Source: a virus
Lineage: Duplodnaviria; Heunggongvirae; Uroviricota; Caudoviricetes
DNA: 56,607 nt
IMG/VR virus record: IMGVR_UViG_3300047567_000058
Location: 144,405-201,011 of that record
Strand: one strand, 5' to 3'
Shown: positions 19,151 to 30,052 of the stretch, piece by piece
How positions within the stretch are numbered: the first letter of the stretch is position 1
Layout: each line of letters starts with the position of its first letter
Notes under the pieces: generated by a model
Databases searched by the model: none
Seen by the model: only the letters and a program-made list of their open reading frames with translations
What the model was told of the DNA's origin: nothing
Program-made: the position numbers and the translations under genes

Positions 19151-21070
19151 TCAGAACCTAACGATGTTGGTTTTGAAGTTGTTCGAGCAATAGACTCCGA
19201 GCGATTCCAGAAGGATGTTTCCGTTGGCCATCGCTTTGGCGATCAGCGTCTCGTAATCTATCAAAGGAAGTATATATTGCGGAATGTAATCTTGAGATTT
19301 CGGAACCGATAGGACATCGAATCCGAATGACGTGATGTCGATGTTGCTGCTGTTGGCGGACGGAGCCGTGAACGCGCGCTTCATGATGATGCCGTACTTC
19401 TTTGGATCGGTTAGCTTCATATCCTGAAGCGGCTTGCAGTCCTTGTTGGTTCCAACGATAAGCGGAACCATCGACACCGTCTCAGGAGGATTGATGGAGT
19501 TCTCTGGCTCTAATTCATTCCACATGATCGCGCCTCTGAGCGAATCGATTCGCTCCGGGTTCTTGTAGTTATCGAACGTCTGCAAGCTCTTTGGAGTCGC
19601 GTATTCCGTGCTTCCAGTCTTGAGAGAGTCGCGAACGGTATCGCCGATGAGATCGAAGTCTTTCATGACTTTGCGGATCTCGATCTTCTTCGGAGAGAGA
19701 ATATCGTATACGAGCAGATCTGTGAATTTGTCGCGGAGCGACTTTCCGACGGTGCTCTTGCGGATCGCCAATCCCTTGATATCAAGTCTCGGATCGCTTA
19801 GGCGCTTTCCGAGCTTGACCGTGACGAGTCCGGCGTAGTTCTTCTTGTTTCTGGTAAGCATGATGCGCGAGTAGCAGAACTCGTTCTTCATGTTGATAAT
19901 CGGCTTATGATCATCGGGAACGGCTAAGCTCGAAGTCAGGGTCCAATAGATCCTCTTGAGGGCTTCCGTGATGATGGCAATGACCATGTTGGTGATATTG
20001 AGATTGGTCGAGTCATCGTCCTTTCCGATGATTTCCGAGATCGCTTTGATCTCCGGATCGAGATAAAGGAAGTTGGAGTCGGTGTCGACGACGAGAACTG
20101 ATTTGCGAGGCTGTTTGAGAGAACGCTTGTACTTGTCATCGAGGATGGCATCGTATAAGCAGTAGTCGCATACGATCTTGCAGATGAGCTCGTCTCCGGC
20201 GAATTCCGTTGACACTACTTTGCCGATATGCTCTTTAACTTTAGTATTTGCGCAGAACTCCGCGATGTGATTCTTATAGAACACCTTGCTTCGAAGCTCA
20301 TCGTCCATTCCGGACACGAGCTTATTCAAAGCGAGTTCGTTTATCTCTCCGGTGGTATGCGATCTGATTTCGTCGATAAGCTCTTCTGAGGTGATCGGGC
20401 GATCGATCCAACTGAGGATGCTTTCGTCGGTCTTCTCGAGAGATACGTTCATGACGAATTCATAGATATCGTCCATGTCATCGAAAGTGTTGCTGTTGCT
20501 CAAGAAAGACTCCATCGTTGAGATGGATGTCGTGATGATATCCTGCCCGCTCATGGTGATGGAGTTCTGAACGTACGGATTGAAGAACGGCGAGATATCG
20601 AGAGAGCAGATTCCGTAATAGGAGTTTGCAAGGATCTTATAGTCCTTTTGCAGAGTGTCGTAGTAAATGTACATGTCGCTTCCGACTTCGTACTTGACCA
20701 TCTCTTTCTTGTATTTCGAACGGGTGTCAAGCAAGAACTTCAGAGCCTTAAGCGCGATGACGCTTGAGTGATTGGAGTCCTTGAACAAAGTCGAATACCC
20801 GGACATGACGCAATCGTCGCGATTCATGTAGACGTTGATGAACTGCTCGACTGTCATCTGGCTGTCTGTGCGATCGACGTTGTTGACGAATCGGCCGACG
20901 GCTTGATAACGCTTGTCGTACTCTTCAAGGAGCATGTTCTTTATGTCCTCGGATGAAATCTCGTCCTGAGAATAGACCATCCGCAGTTTGCGGTATTGGT
21001 CTGAAAGCCATCTCTGTTTGAAAGAGATCTGCTTCGTCATATCTCGGTTGCGTAGTTCCACTTTAGACAT
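19151..21070 (-). CDS. Family B DNA polymerase, jumbo-phage split type (polymerase-domain subunit)
   Basis: Motif B YKILANSYYG, motif C VDTDSNFL, KKNYAG and DIKGL. No N-terminal exonuclease domain is evident. Confidence 0.88.
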   Translation of the reverse strand: MSKVELRNRDMTKQISFKQRWLSDQYRKLRMVYSQDEISSEDIKNMLLEEYDKRYQAVGRFVNNVDRTDSQMTVEQFINVYMNRDDCVMSGYSTLFKDSNHSSVIALKALKFLLDTRSKYKKEMVKYEVGSDMYIYYDTLQKDYKILANSYYGICSLDISPFFNPYVQNSITMSGQDIITTSISTMESFLSNSNTFDDMDDIYEFVMNVSLEKTDESILSWIDRPITSEELIDEIRSHTTGEINELALNKLVSGMDDELRSKVFYKNHIAEFCANTKVKEHIGKVVSTEFAGDELICKIVCDYCLYDAILDDKYKRSLKQPRKSVLVVDTDSNFLYLDPEIKAISEIIGKDDDSTNLNITNMVIAIITEALKRIYWTLTSSLAVPDDHKPIINMKNEFCYSRIMLTRNKKNYAGLVTVKLGKRLSDPRLDIKGLAIRKSTVGKSLRDKFTDLLVYDILSPKKIEIRKVMKDFDLIGDTVRDSLKTGSTEYATPKSLQTFDNYKNPERIDSLRGAIMWNELEPENSINPPETVSMVPLIVGTNKDCKPLQDMKLTDPKKYGIIMKRAFTAPSANSSNIDITSFGFDVLSVPKSQDYIPQYILPLIDYETLIAKAMANGNILLESLGVYCSNNFKTNIVRF

Positions 21071-21137
21071 TATTGATTCTCCTATTCGATACGGCACAAT
21101 TATGCGTCCTCAAGCCGTCTTAGTCAATAGATCGTTT

Positions 21138-22319
21138 TCACTTGCGCTTAGCTTTCTTCTTTGGAGAAGGCTTGGCTACTTTAGAAGAAACCTTCTTGGC
21201 AACTGGCTTTTTAATGGCCTTTTGCTTGGTTGGTTTAGCGACGGATTTCTTTGAGATCACTTTCGCATTAGGCTTTGGCGACGGAGATTTTTGATCAGGA
21301 GACGCTTTGGATGCTTTCTTCTCAGCTCGGCGCTCTGAGCGCTTTGCTTTGAGGCTGGCTTCCTTGTCGCTGCGGATCTTGATGGCTTTAGCCACGAGAT
21401 CCATACGGACTCCTCTGAATCTGATGCATCCTTTCGGGCACCAGGCTACGATTCTCTCAGACGTCGGGCATCCTTTAGGAATCGGATGCTCTTTGTCTGG
21501 GCGGCCGAGTCTCTCCATTCTCCATCCGGTTGGATTCTTCTTCGGGTCAAACGGATTGGCCGCGCACATCTTGCGGATCCAAGTGAGCATCGTATTGTCC
21601 GTCGTCGTTATCTTGGCCCAGAAAGAATTGCGGGCTCCGACGATTTCGGTCTGCTGCTCATCGGACGACCTTCCTTGCATGACGGAATCTTCCTTCTTAG
21701 GATTCGATCCTTTCCACGTGTCTTCGTGAAAAGAATAGATCGGAGAAGGCCATGCCGTCTTGGAGAGCTCAGGATCATCGGCGCACTTGGCCGCCAAAGA
21801 CAAAGAATCCTTGGGGCCTACGCAATCGATATGGATGATTTTCTGCTTGCCTTTGGAATCGAGATAGCTGTCCGTGTTGACGATGGCCCAGCCAACCCCG
21901 AGGCTCGAATCGTATCTCTGCCTCGTGAATTGCTTGTTGATCTTGGTAGCGAACGTGTTGTCGGTAAGCTCGACTTGGAGCTCGACATCGGTTCTTCCGA
22001 ATGAGATGCCCCAGCTCTGCTCCTCCGACGGCGTGTCGCACATCACCGGGATCTTGTCATAGTCCAACGGAGCGAATCCTTCATCGCCGGGATATAAAAT
22101 AATTTTTCCCCAGTATGTCAGCGGATTGTATGAGAAATCCTCGTCGGTGCATTTTATCGTTCCGTCAGACAGTCTTGTCCAATTGCTGACCCATCCCTTC
22201 GGAGGCTTGCTATCCCCATGATCGTAAGTGATGGTAAGCCGAGGGGCTTTCTCTTTGGCAACGTCTTGCTGAGACTCATCTTCCGGTGATGTCTGATCGG
22301 CTTCGTCTGGAATGAGCAT
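21138..22319 (-). CDS. Hypothetical protein with an internal duplication and a K/A/P/S-rich tail
   Basis: LTDNTFATKINK..GW and TTDNTMLTWIRK..GW are repeated. The C-terminus is basic and histone-H1-like. Confidence 0.7.
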   Translation of the reverse strand: MLIPDEADQTSPEDESQQDVAKEKAPRLTITYDHGDSKPPKGWVSNWTRLSDGTIKCTDEDFSYNPLTYWGKIILYPGDEGFAPLDYDKIPVMCDTPSEEQSWGISFGRTDVELQVELTDNTFATKINKQFTRQRYDSSLGVGWAIVNTDSYLDSKGKQKIIHIDCVGPKDSLSLAAKCADDPELSKTAWPSPIYSFHEDTWKGSNPKKEDSVMQGRSSDEQQTEIVGARNSFWAKITTTDNTMLTWIRKMCAANPFDPKKNPTGWRMERLGRPDKEHPIPKGCPTSERIVAWCPKGCIRFRGVRMDLVAKAIKIRSDKEASLKAKRSERRAEKKASKASPDQKSPSPKPNAKVISKKSVAKPTKQKAIKKPVAKKVSSKVAKPSPKKKAKRK

Positions 22320-22322
22320 ACT

Positions 22323-22826
22323 CTACTTTCCTTCTTTCTTCTTCTCCGACTGGCACGGCGCGCAGCTGATGCGCATCCACGCGATGTCATCGTCGGTGAT
22401 ATGCATGTGGTTCGGATTGAGCCACCATACGTTGAAACGCTTATCATTGTAGATCGCGTCGATCTCGGCGTCAAAGAAATTGAAAGCTCCGTAGAGGGCT
22501 CTGAAGTCTTTCGGAAGCATAGTCGCCGCGTATCTGTTGGCGAGAATCTTCAGAAGAAGTTCCTTGCATTCCTTGGTTGGGGCGACCGTCCAATAGCCAT
22601 GATGGTTCCAGGCTAATGCGCAGTTTCTGACGCAAGCGTGCGACGAGATGAAAATGATTTTTGATCCTTGGTATTTGTCGTCCAAAGCGACGGCTTGCTT
22701 AACATAATCGACGAACCAATCGGCTTTGCTCTTATCGAAATTGCTGCTCTCGAAATCGACGCAGTCTTCGGAATGGGCTTTGGCGTAAGTGGATTTGCCG
22801 CTGCCCTGATAGCCTGAAATAAGCAT
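22323..22826 (-). CDS. Small P-loop NTPase/kinase
   Basis: N-terminal ISGYQGSGKST, then DFESS and IFISSH. Confidence 0.75.
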   Translation of the reverse strand: MLISGYQGSGKSTYAKAHSEDCVDFESSNFDKSKADWFVDYVKQAVALDDKYQGSKIIFISSHACVRNCALAWNHHGYWTVAPTKECKELLLKILANRYAATMLPKDFRALYGAFNFFDAEIDAIYNDKRFNVWWLNPNHMHITDDDIAWMRISCAPCQSEKKKEGK

Positions 22827-22850
22827 AGGTATGTAACCTTCTTTCAGGTA

Positions 22851-22861
22851 AATAATATATC
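22851..22861 (-). promoter_or_regulatory. Candidate early promoter GATATATTATT
   Basis: TATATTAT core located between a terminator and the kinase RBS. Confidence 0.45.
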
Positions 22862-22877
22862 ACTTGCCAGCAAAACG

Positions 22878-22901
22878 AAAGGGCCGGTTTCCCGACCCTT
22901 C
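22878..22901 (-). terminator. Intrinsic terminator
   Basis: On the minus strand, aagggtcgg-gaaa-ccggccctt followed by T residues. Confidence 0.6.
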
Positions 22902-22926
22902 TTGGGCGTAAGATCGTTTAGCGAAG

Positions 22927-24585
22927 TCAGTTCTTGAGGAACGCTTTCTGGGCGCTGGCGGACTTGTCGAAGAACTTGCCAAACTCGAATCTGTGCGGTT
23001 CCATGCTGTGGACGGTGTTGACTGCGTTGAGGTTGATGCAGATCTCTTTGAGATCGCGGAGAGCCTGGACGTACATCGTCAGGGTGGTGAGACGGAGCGA
23101 AACGATTTGGGTCATGTACTTCGATGAGTCGAACAGCTCGTTGATCTGGCGCTGATACACCGATGTGTAAGCGACGTTGGCGACAGAGCCATAGGCGACT
23201 CTCATCGAGTTGATCTCATTGACGAGATCATTGTACTTCTTGCGCTCATCGGCCAGGACATCCTCGTATTGGGAGGCTTGCTCAAGCCTTGCGCTAAGAA
23301 CTTCGATGATATTGGTCAATTGCTCATTGGTGGCTGCTGACAGGAACTTGTACTGGACTCCCATGTCCGAGATGGCGAGAAGCTGCTTCTGAGTGATGAT
23401 CTTGGTGAGAAGCTGAATCTCTTTCTCGGTTTGCTGGAAGGCGGCTTTGAGATTGTCGGTGTTGATCTTGGTGCGGATGAGGCTGTCGCGCATCTTCTCG
23501 GAATCGATTGCCGATCCTTCAATGCTCTGGCCTCCGATCTGATAAGTGGGGACGCTTCCGGATTTGATGTCATCCTCCATCTTCTTGAAGATGGTGAGCA
23601 TCAGTTCGAGATCCTCGGTCTTGAACAGATCCTCGTTATTCGATCCGACGGCATTGTCGAAGAGATCGAAGAAGTGCTGCATGTACTCTTTGAGCTCGGC
23701 GAGATCGTTGGTGGTATCGACGATGAGAACCGGAGTCGGATTGCGGCTGACTCGGTTGGCATCGGATTCATGGCCATCGCCATGATCGTCATGGTCTTCG
23801 GTCGCTTCCTTGAGGGAAACGGATTCGCCGAAGTTCATTCCGTATTTGACGGCTTGATCGGCAGGAACATAGACGAGCGATGCGAGCTTAGGAACGGCGA
23901 CGTTTCCGTTCTTGTCGGTTTTGACGGCTTGAAGCGGGGTGCTGATGCGCTCGATCGACTTGACGTTATTGAGATTGAGTTTGAGATCGTCTTTGCTGAG
24001 GAAGTCATCTCTGGAGTTCGGCATCCCAAAGAGATTGCGGATTCCGCGGGTGAGTTTCTCGATGACGACGAGGATGAGATTCTTGATCCAGGTGATGAGC
24101 TGCTGGAAGAAGAAGATGATGTTCTGCGGGAACTTCATGTCGCTGATGCGCTCGACGGTGGCATACGCCGGAACGACATCGGCCGAAGGGCCTTTGGTGG
24201 CGGTCATGGATTGCTTGTAGCTGTCGCGGGCATCTTGCTCCATGGAGCGGAAGATGTTGAACATGTCGGTGATGCTGTCTCTGACGCCTTCATAGGTTAC
24301 CTTGTCTTCCGATTTGCTGGCGGCGGGCTTTGCTTGCTGACGGCGAGTGCCTCCGTCATCATGATGGCTGTCGTCATTCTCGTCTCCGCCTGCTCCGGCG
24401 GAAGCGCCTGACACGGTTGGGTCAGCTTCGACTAGATTGATGTATTTCTGGATGCTGTCGACGCTCTTGAGGAACTGATACTCAGCTTCTTGGATCGATT
24501 CGACGGTCCCGACCAATTCGGCGTCGTCCTGCTCCTGGCAATAGGCGGCGTACTTGGTCTCGAATTCTTCATCTAATGTAAGCAT
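22927..24585 (-). CDS. Probable virion/internal head protein, coiled-coil rich
   Basis: 552 aa directly downstream of the prohead protease. xxE processing-like sites LVEA, FGES and LKEA. Confidence 0.65.
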   Translation of the reverse strand: MLTLDEEFETKYAAYCQEQDDAELVGTVESIQEAEYQFLKSVDSIQKYINLVEADPTVSGASAGAGGDENDDSHHDDGGTRRQQAKPAASKSEDKVTYEGVRDSITDMFNIFRSMEQDARDSYKQSMTATKGPSADVVPAYATVERISDMKFPQNIIFFFQQLITWIKNLILVVIEKLTRGIRNLFGMPNSRDDFLSKDDLKLNLNNVKSIERISTPLQAVKTDKNGNVAVPKLASLVYVPADQAVKYGMNFGESVSLKEATEDHDDHGDGHESDANRVSRNPTPVLIVDTTNDLAELKEYMQHFFDLFDNAVGSNNEDLFKTEDLELMLTIFKKMEDDIKSGSVPTYQIGGQSIEGSAIDSEKMRDSLIRTKINTDNLKAAFQQTEKEIQLLTKIITQKQLLAISDMGVQYKFLSAATNEQLTNIIEVLSARLEQASQYEDVLADERKKYNDLVNEINSMRVAYGSVANVAYTSVYQRQINELFDSSKYMTQIVSLRLTTLTMYVQALRDLKEICINLNAVNTVHSMEPHRFEFGKFFDKSASAQKAFLKN

Positions 24586-24587
24586 TG

Positions 24588-25796
24588 TTATTTACCCTCC
24601 ATGGTAGGGGCGTCAGGCATAAGGGTTTCGGCCCTCTTCGCATTGTATGCGACATCGACCTCGGCGGCGTTCTTCTTGCCGCTGAGTTTGTCATACTTAC
24701 CAGAGACATGGTCCTCGCCATGCTCTTTGGTCATGTATTTCTTGATGGCGTCGTCTTCGGTCATCTGGCCGGCGGCGATTTCTTTGGAGTAGTACTGAAG
24801 GGCAAGCGTGATGATCTTCTGCATCTCGGCGCTCATCTGGCCTTGGATGTCGGACGCTTTGTCCTGGGCATGCATGGCCTTGTGCATGTAATAGTCATGA
24901 CGGAGTTTTTTTATTTTTTCCCCTTCGTTGAGCTCTTCCGGCGTCTTGCCGAATTCGCTGATCTTGGAGCGGATGTCCTTCATGACGTAGTCTTCGGTAT
25001 AGACTTTCTTGACCGTGCTGCCGTTGATGAGGACGGTCTCGTTCTTGTTGATGGACTGAACGACGTCGCTCGAATCCGGAACATAGATTTTGTCCTGCGG
25101 GATGGCCGGCTTTCCATAGTATGAGGAATAGTCCTCTACCAAGGCGCCTTTCATCGCTTTGTCATCGATCGGGGTAAGCGACCCATTAGTATATAAAGAA
25201 AGCGACTCATTGAGCGATGCTGCAACCGATCTCGTGTTGGAGACGCGGAACATCATCTTGCTGGTATCTTCGCAGATGTGATCAAGATAAGCTTTGTCGT
25301 GGCTCGGAAGGCAGACCCAATCCCAAGAGCAGATCATGATAGGAGAGTCGACGACATCGGCTCCCTGCTTGTAATCCTTATGGACGTTTCCTTGGGCGCG
25401 AAGGCTGAACGCGACTTGCGTTCCTTGCTCGATCAGGCCTTTCATGTCTCGTCCGGCTTCGGTGTTGGCGGTTTCGCATCTGCCCATAAGCAGATCGCCA
25501 TCCCACCAAACCTCATCGACGATGAAAGCGATGTTGCGCTGATCGATGCTCATTTGGCGCATGACCGACTGGTCAAGAGGATGTCCGCATTCTCCGAAGA
25601 GGTTCTTGGTTCTGAGCTTCTCCTGGAATTGCGACGCTGAGATTCCTTCTTCAAGGACATGGCGCGGATAGATTCTTCCGTTTCTATTCTTCTTGTCGGC
25701 TTCCTGAAGAATGGCGACGAACTTAACGACGTTGGCATTCGAGCTTTCGATTCGTGGTTCGCTAGCGATGGCAGCCTCGTTTATAATAAAGCTCAT
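24588..25796 (-). CDS. Prohead core protease (T4 gp21-like)
   Basis: LQEADKKNRNGRIYP, GECGHP (catalytic His), FSLRAQG (catalytic Ser) and WDWVCLPSHDKA. Confidence 0.92.
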   Translation of the reverse strand: MSFIINEAAIASEPRIESSNANVVKFVAILQEADKKNRNGRIYPRHVLEEGISASQFQEKLRTKNLFGECGHPLDQSVMRQMSIDQRNIAFIVDEVWWDGDLLMGRCETANTEAGRDMKGLIEQGTQVAFSLRAQGNVHKDYKQGADVVDSPIMICSWDWVCLPSHDKAYLDHICEDTSKMMFRVSNTRSVAASLNESLSLYTNGSLTPIDDKAMKGALVEDYSSYYGKPAIPQDKIYVPDSSDVVQSINKNETVLINGSTVKKVYTEDYVMKDIRSKISEFGKTPEELNEGEKIKKLRHDYYMHKAMHAQDKASDIQGQMSAEMQKIITLALQYYSKEIAAGQMTEDDAIKKYMTKEHGEDHVSGKYDKLSGKKNAAEVDVAYNAKRAETLMPDAPTMEGK

Positions 25797-25831
25797 GATT
25801 GATTAGAGCCTCCTAAGTCACGATATTTTGA

Positions 25832-25843
25832 TAATCAATTGTT
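25832..25843 (-). promoter_or_regulatory. Late promoter AACA-N6-TA
   Basis: AACAATTGATTA upstream of the protease. Confidence 0.75.
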
Positions 25844-26045
25844 CGCTCCGCTGTGTCTGGTGATTTTGCGATTTTGGTCGATTTACTTAAAAACGCTATA
25901 AAATGCAAAGTTAGTCATTACGTTTTAACAATGCCAGAATCCATGCGTGTTTACGGACGCATAATGCCATTTTGCATTTTATTACTATTTCGTTATTTGT
26001 TCGTCAAATTATGCGAAAAAAATAAATTTTTACTTCTAGAAAAAG

Positions 26046-26057
26046 AACAACCAATTA
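26046..26057 (+). promoter_or_regulatory. Late promoter AACA-N6-TA
   Basis: AACAACCAATTA upstream of the capsid operon, divergent from the promoter at 25832-25843. Confidence 0.7.
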
Positions 26058-26168
26058 CCCACATTGAATGTGCGCTTCTGCGATTATATCAAAGATGCAT
26101 GCGTTTGATGTCCGGCGGCCGATTTTTCAGCCGCAAAAAGAATTGAGCGAACCACGGAGGAGACGGCC

Positions 26169-26774
26169 TTGGAAAAACGAACCTGGAACCTGAGCGAAGT
26201 CCAATATCAGATCCCGGCTGATCCAAGACTAGGCGACGGCCGAGACTTAAATGCCCCGGTCGATGACCCAAATCTCCAAAATGACGACGCCAGCCAGCCT
26301 TCGGCGCAGCCCCAACAGGCTGATCCTAGCGCTGGTCAGCAACAGGATGCTAATGCGCAGCCCGAAGCAATGAATGACGCCGCGTACCTGCAGCAACCGC
26401 AAGAAGATCCTCAACTTATCCAGTCGCAACAAGATTCGATTGGAACCGAAGTTGAGCTTGATCGTCAGAAGAAGCTGCGCGTGTTCGGTCTCATCGATTC
26501 GCTGAAAGACCACGCTGATCGCATCGAGGAAGCGCTCAACAAGACGGAGACTGACAGATTCGAAGATGAGAATGTCGATAAGTCTAGTTTGTCAGAGGCG
26601 ATCAAGAATCTTGATTTAATCAAGGACAAGATCGACGCTTACAAATCTGGGGCTTTCGTCGATGACCCATATGAACGAAATCTGTATGTCTACGGTTTGC
26701 TGAGAGTCGAGCTTATCAATACGATCAAGCAGATCCGCGCAATCCTAAAATTGGACGAAATCGGCGACGAATGA
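26169..26774 (+). CDS. Hypothetical acidic protein upstream of the major capsid gene (start uncertain)
   Basis: 201 aa with a Q/D-rich N-part and a helical C-part. GGAGG lies upstream of the TTG start. Confidence 0.65.
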   Translation: MEKRTWNLSEVQYQIPADPRLGDGRDLNAPVDDPNLQNDDASQPSAQPQQADPSAGQQQDANAQPEAMNDAAYLQQPQEDPQLIQSQQDSIGTEVELDRQKKLRVFGLIDSLKDHADRIEEALNKTETDRFEDENVDKSSLSEAIKNLDLIKDKIDAYKSGAFVDDPYERNLYVYGLLRVELINTIKQIRAILKLDEIGDE

Positions 26775-26901
26775 CGCCGGACGCCAAAACCGCCATCGCA
26801 TCAGTTGAAAAGCGATTAAAATCATTCACACACCATTCATATAAATAAATGCCCGCGTACTATCGTTGGACGAATGAATAAACTTGGAAGGTCCATATCA
26901 C

Positions 26902-28541
26902 ATGGAAAATTCAGATTATAAGTCAATTCTCCGTGAGACCTATGACACGTTCAAGTCGATGCAGCTCAGCATTCTCGGAAATGGCTTCGGTGAAGTCGAG
27001 AATGATCCTGAACTCTTCCACACTTACGTCGAAAGTCTCACCCAGGGTGCATCTGCCGATGATGCCGCGGTTATGTCGCAGCTCATGGCGAACACCAACA
27101 AACAGCAACTCCTCGCAGAATCGGTCTCCGGCATCACCCCCGATCGCTTCTATGAGCATGCCCGTCATCCGCAAGCTTTGGCCGCGTTTCGCGCTTAAGA
27201 ACGCGATCAAGACCCAAGTCGCCGATTCGCCGTACCTCACCGTCAGCTATCTTAAGCCGTATTTCGAAGACAAAGATGGCAATCGCGTCGAGCTTCCGAA
27301 AGGATTGATCGGAGCTGCTGGACAAAATACGCTTGGCAACGCTACTGTTGCTGATGCAAACCAAGCTCTGAAAGATTACACCGAAGCTACTTTCGATGAA
27401 ACCAAGATTGGCCTTGGCGCGAAGTTACTTACTGGAAGCGATGGAAAAGCCGTCACCAATCTCGATCGTGGAACTAAGCTCTACAGCATCGGGGTTGGAG
27501 ATACTGCTATCGACAAGACCGTTGTTTTAAACAAGATCTTGGGCACTGATGGAAGCTCCGTCGTTACTGTCACCAGCAAGGATGGCACTAAGACTTACAA
27601 GCTCGCTGTCAATGTCGATTTCGCTAAAGGCCTTGTTGATATGGGCTGGATCGGAACTGCTCCTGCTAAATGCAGGATCGTGTTCCGCGTTCATCAATCA
27701 ACCGAATTCAACGATTCTGGATACAGCTTGATGTTCGAAACCAAGCGTATCAACATCGCAATTCCGACTGGAACGCACCTCAATGCTCCTATCACCATTG
27801 AGCAACTCCAGGATATGCAAGCGCTCTACAAGATCGACCAGACTGCCGAAGTCATCGACACGATGACCAACGTCTTCGCGACCAAGGTTGACCAGGATGT
27901 TCTCGACTTCCTTGAGAACGAATTCCTCAATCAGCCGTCAGTCGATGAATTCGATTCGACTGTCTATAAGGCAACTAACTTCAGCTTCACTTTCGACTGC
28001 ATTCCTGCCGCTGGCTTTGCTGGCAGCCCGAAGCTCTGGAGAGAAGAGCTTAAGCCGTTGATCGACCACGTCGCTCAATTAATCAAACAGGCGTCATACT
28101 TCCAGATTGGCACCTTCAGCATCGTCGGCAACCCGATCGACACTGCTCTCATCAGCAACGTCAACTGGGAATTCCGCGGTGGCCAAGGCCAGACTGTCGA
28201 TGGCGTCTCGGTCGACTATGAACTTGGAACTTATGTCGGAAACGGCAGCAACTTCAAGATCATCAGCTCACCGCTCGTTCCGCAAGGTGGCCTCTACCTC
28301 GTGTTCTTACCGGATGCTGAGGATCAGATGACCTACAAGTACTATCCGTACACCTTCTCGACTGAACGCGGATATCGTGATCCGAACCATCCGTATGTTC
28401 CGTCAATCATGATGACCAAGAGACATGCCTTCCAGGCATTCACCCCCGGCCATCGGATTAATCGTCGTCAAGAATAACAGCAACCCGGGCTACCTCGCTG
28501 GCCACTGGACTGCAGTTACTTCTCCTGCTGACATCGCCTAA
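26902..28541 (+). CDS. Major capsid protein (T4 gp23-like HK97 fold) with two apparent +1 frameshifts near 27138 and 28445
   Basis: Propeptide ending LLAES, then PVIRKLWP, TIEQLQDMQALYKID, F.FDC.P and PSIMMTKRH. Both shifts occur at CACCCCCG runs. A strong terminator follows. Confidence 0.88.
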
Positions 28542-28556
28542 TCTGATCTGACAGAC

Positions 28557-28592
28557 TAACCGGGTCCTGAGAAATCAGGATCCGGTTATTTT
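28557..28592 (+). terminator. Intrinsic terminator after the capsid gene
   Basis: taaccgggtcctga-gaaa-tcaggatccggtta-tttt. A second hairpin lies at 28601-28629. Confidence 0.8.
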
Positions 28593-28651
28593 GCTAAAGA
28601 AAACCCGAAGTCTATGCGACTCCGGGTTTATTTTATTTTTTTCCAGTCGGA

Positions 28652-29455
28652 TCAGAACTTGATAGACGGCCCGCCTTTCTCTCCGGCCGGCCCTCCGAAT
28701 CCGTCTCCGATGTCAGAATTGGTGTTGGAGATGATCGTGTTTCCGAGCTCATTGTCCTTAGGGAGATCAGTCAGACCGGTGATCTTGGCCATCTTGGCTT
28801 TCATGGTCTTCGTCTTGGCCGCGATCTCGCTGCTGTATTGCTCATTGATGACGGTGAAGAACACCTTAGGCATGACTCTGTCGTCATCCAATCTCTTGAG
28901 AAGCTCGGCTGCGTCATCGGTGTCGGTTGCGTCAGACAAAGCTTTCTTGACGGCATCGATGTCGAGGATGTGCTTGTCGGTGATGGCGTCTATGACGGAA
29001 GGCGGATAGCAGCTGATGGCTGCGTAATACACTTTGAGATAGGCGATCAGTATGTCAGACAGCGTGAATTCGTTATGCTCGACTTGGCGGTCGAAGAACG
29101 ACAGAACGAGGATCGCTTTCTGAGCGGCTTCGTTAAGCCCGTCGAGAAGATTCTTCAGGACCACTCCGCAATTATTTCTGTCGCAGATCCAGTCATTGTC
29201 GAGGCAGTGAGCCCCGAGGAGAATGAATGTTTCATAGGTTCCGTTCTTCAATTCAGGCAGGACGGCTGCGACGAACGACTTGCTTGAGTCGGTTCCGTCC
29301 TCATCCTCGATTCTAACGATCGAATCGCTGAGCGATCCGTTGTTATCAAGGTAATCCTTAAGCTCTGATTCAAAGGCGCCTTTGGTGATCTTCTTGGCTC
29401 GGTACATATCGTACGCTGAACCAAGGATCTCAGCTGACTGATCGGTGTCTTGCAT
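28652..29455 (-). CDS. Hypothetical late protein
   Basis: 267 aa with a GGAGG RBS and a late promoter at 29500-29511. Confidence 0.7.
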   Translation of the reverse strand: MQDTDQSAEILGSAYDMYRAKKITKGAFESELKDYLDNNGSLSDSIVRIEDEDGTDSSKSFVAAVLPELKNGTYETFILLGAHCLDNDWICDRNNCGVVLKNLLDGLNEAAQKAILVLSFFDRQVEHNEFTLSDILIAYLKVYYAAISCYPPSVIDAITDKHILDIDAVKKALSDATDTDDAAELLKRLDDDRVMPKVFFTVINEQYSSEIAAKTKTMKAKMAKITGLTDLPKDNELGNTIISNTNSDIGDGFGGPAGEKGGPSIKF

Positions 29456-29499
29456 AATATTTTATTCCTCCGACGACGTGAGTGACGCTGACGTTTCGA

Positions 29500-29511
29500 T
29501 AATAGATTGTT
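29500..29511 (-). promoter_or_regulatory. Late promoter AACA-N6-TA
   Basis: AACAATCTATTA. Confidence 0.7.
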
Positions 29512-29734
29512 CGTAGGCTTCTGGCCATTCTGGTCCTCCGGAAGCAAAAAAAGAAGCCGCTGGCTGGGCGGCTGTCTTCATTCGTATTTCTTGCGCGGAT
29601 AGATCGGCTCGATGGCGAACCCGTATTTCAATGATTGCTGCCTGGCGTATTCTTCGGACAGGTATTTTACTGCTTCTGCTACTTGAAGATACCGTATGGC
29701 ATCCATGATCTTGTTTCTGTATCGGCGATGGCGA

Positions 29735-29896
29735 TCATCTGATTTGGCGGTTAGCCCAATATGTGATGAACGCGTTCATTCTATGGACGTACACCTCACG
29801 GACGAATGGTTTTAGCGTGGCGATGATGATCCTGTCCCCGGCGATGTCGTCATTCTCTCGTTTGGCTGATGTTCTATCGATGATTTCAGCATTCAT
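29735..29896 (-). CDS. Small hypothetical protein (start MNAEII)
   Basis: AAGGAG RBS before the internal ATG. Candidate early promoter at 29962-29972. Confidence 0.55.
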   Translation of the reverse strand: MNAEIIDRTSAKRENDDIAGDRIIIATLKPFVREVYVHRMNAFITYWANRQIR

Positions 29897-30000
29897 AAAT
29901 TTATCTCCTTTTAACGTGGGATTAGGCAAGCATTGGCCGATGCCGCTCACTCTCACACCAAAATCATATATCTCTAAGCCGGAATTAGAGACTGGCCCTG

Positions 30001-30012
30001 AACAATCGATTA
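30001..30012 (+). promoter_or_regulatory. Late promoter AACA-N6-TA
   Basis: AACAATCGATTA. Confidence 0.75.
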
Positions 30013-30052
30013 TGAGGATTTTATTTTTATTTTCCCGAGGAATAAACGGCAT

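Noticed and set aside
26902-28541. Programmed frameshifting in the major capsid gene
   Set aside because: One shift is near the N-terminus and would cripple the most abundant virion protein. The same C-run insertion pattern occurs in unrelated genes, which indicates sequencing error.
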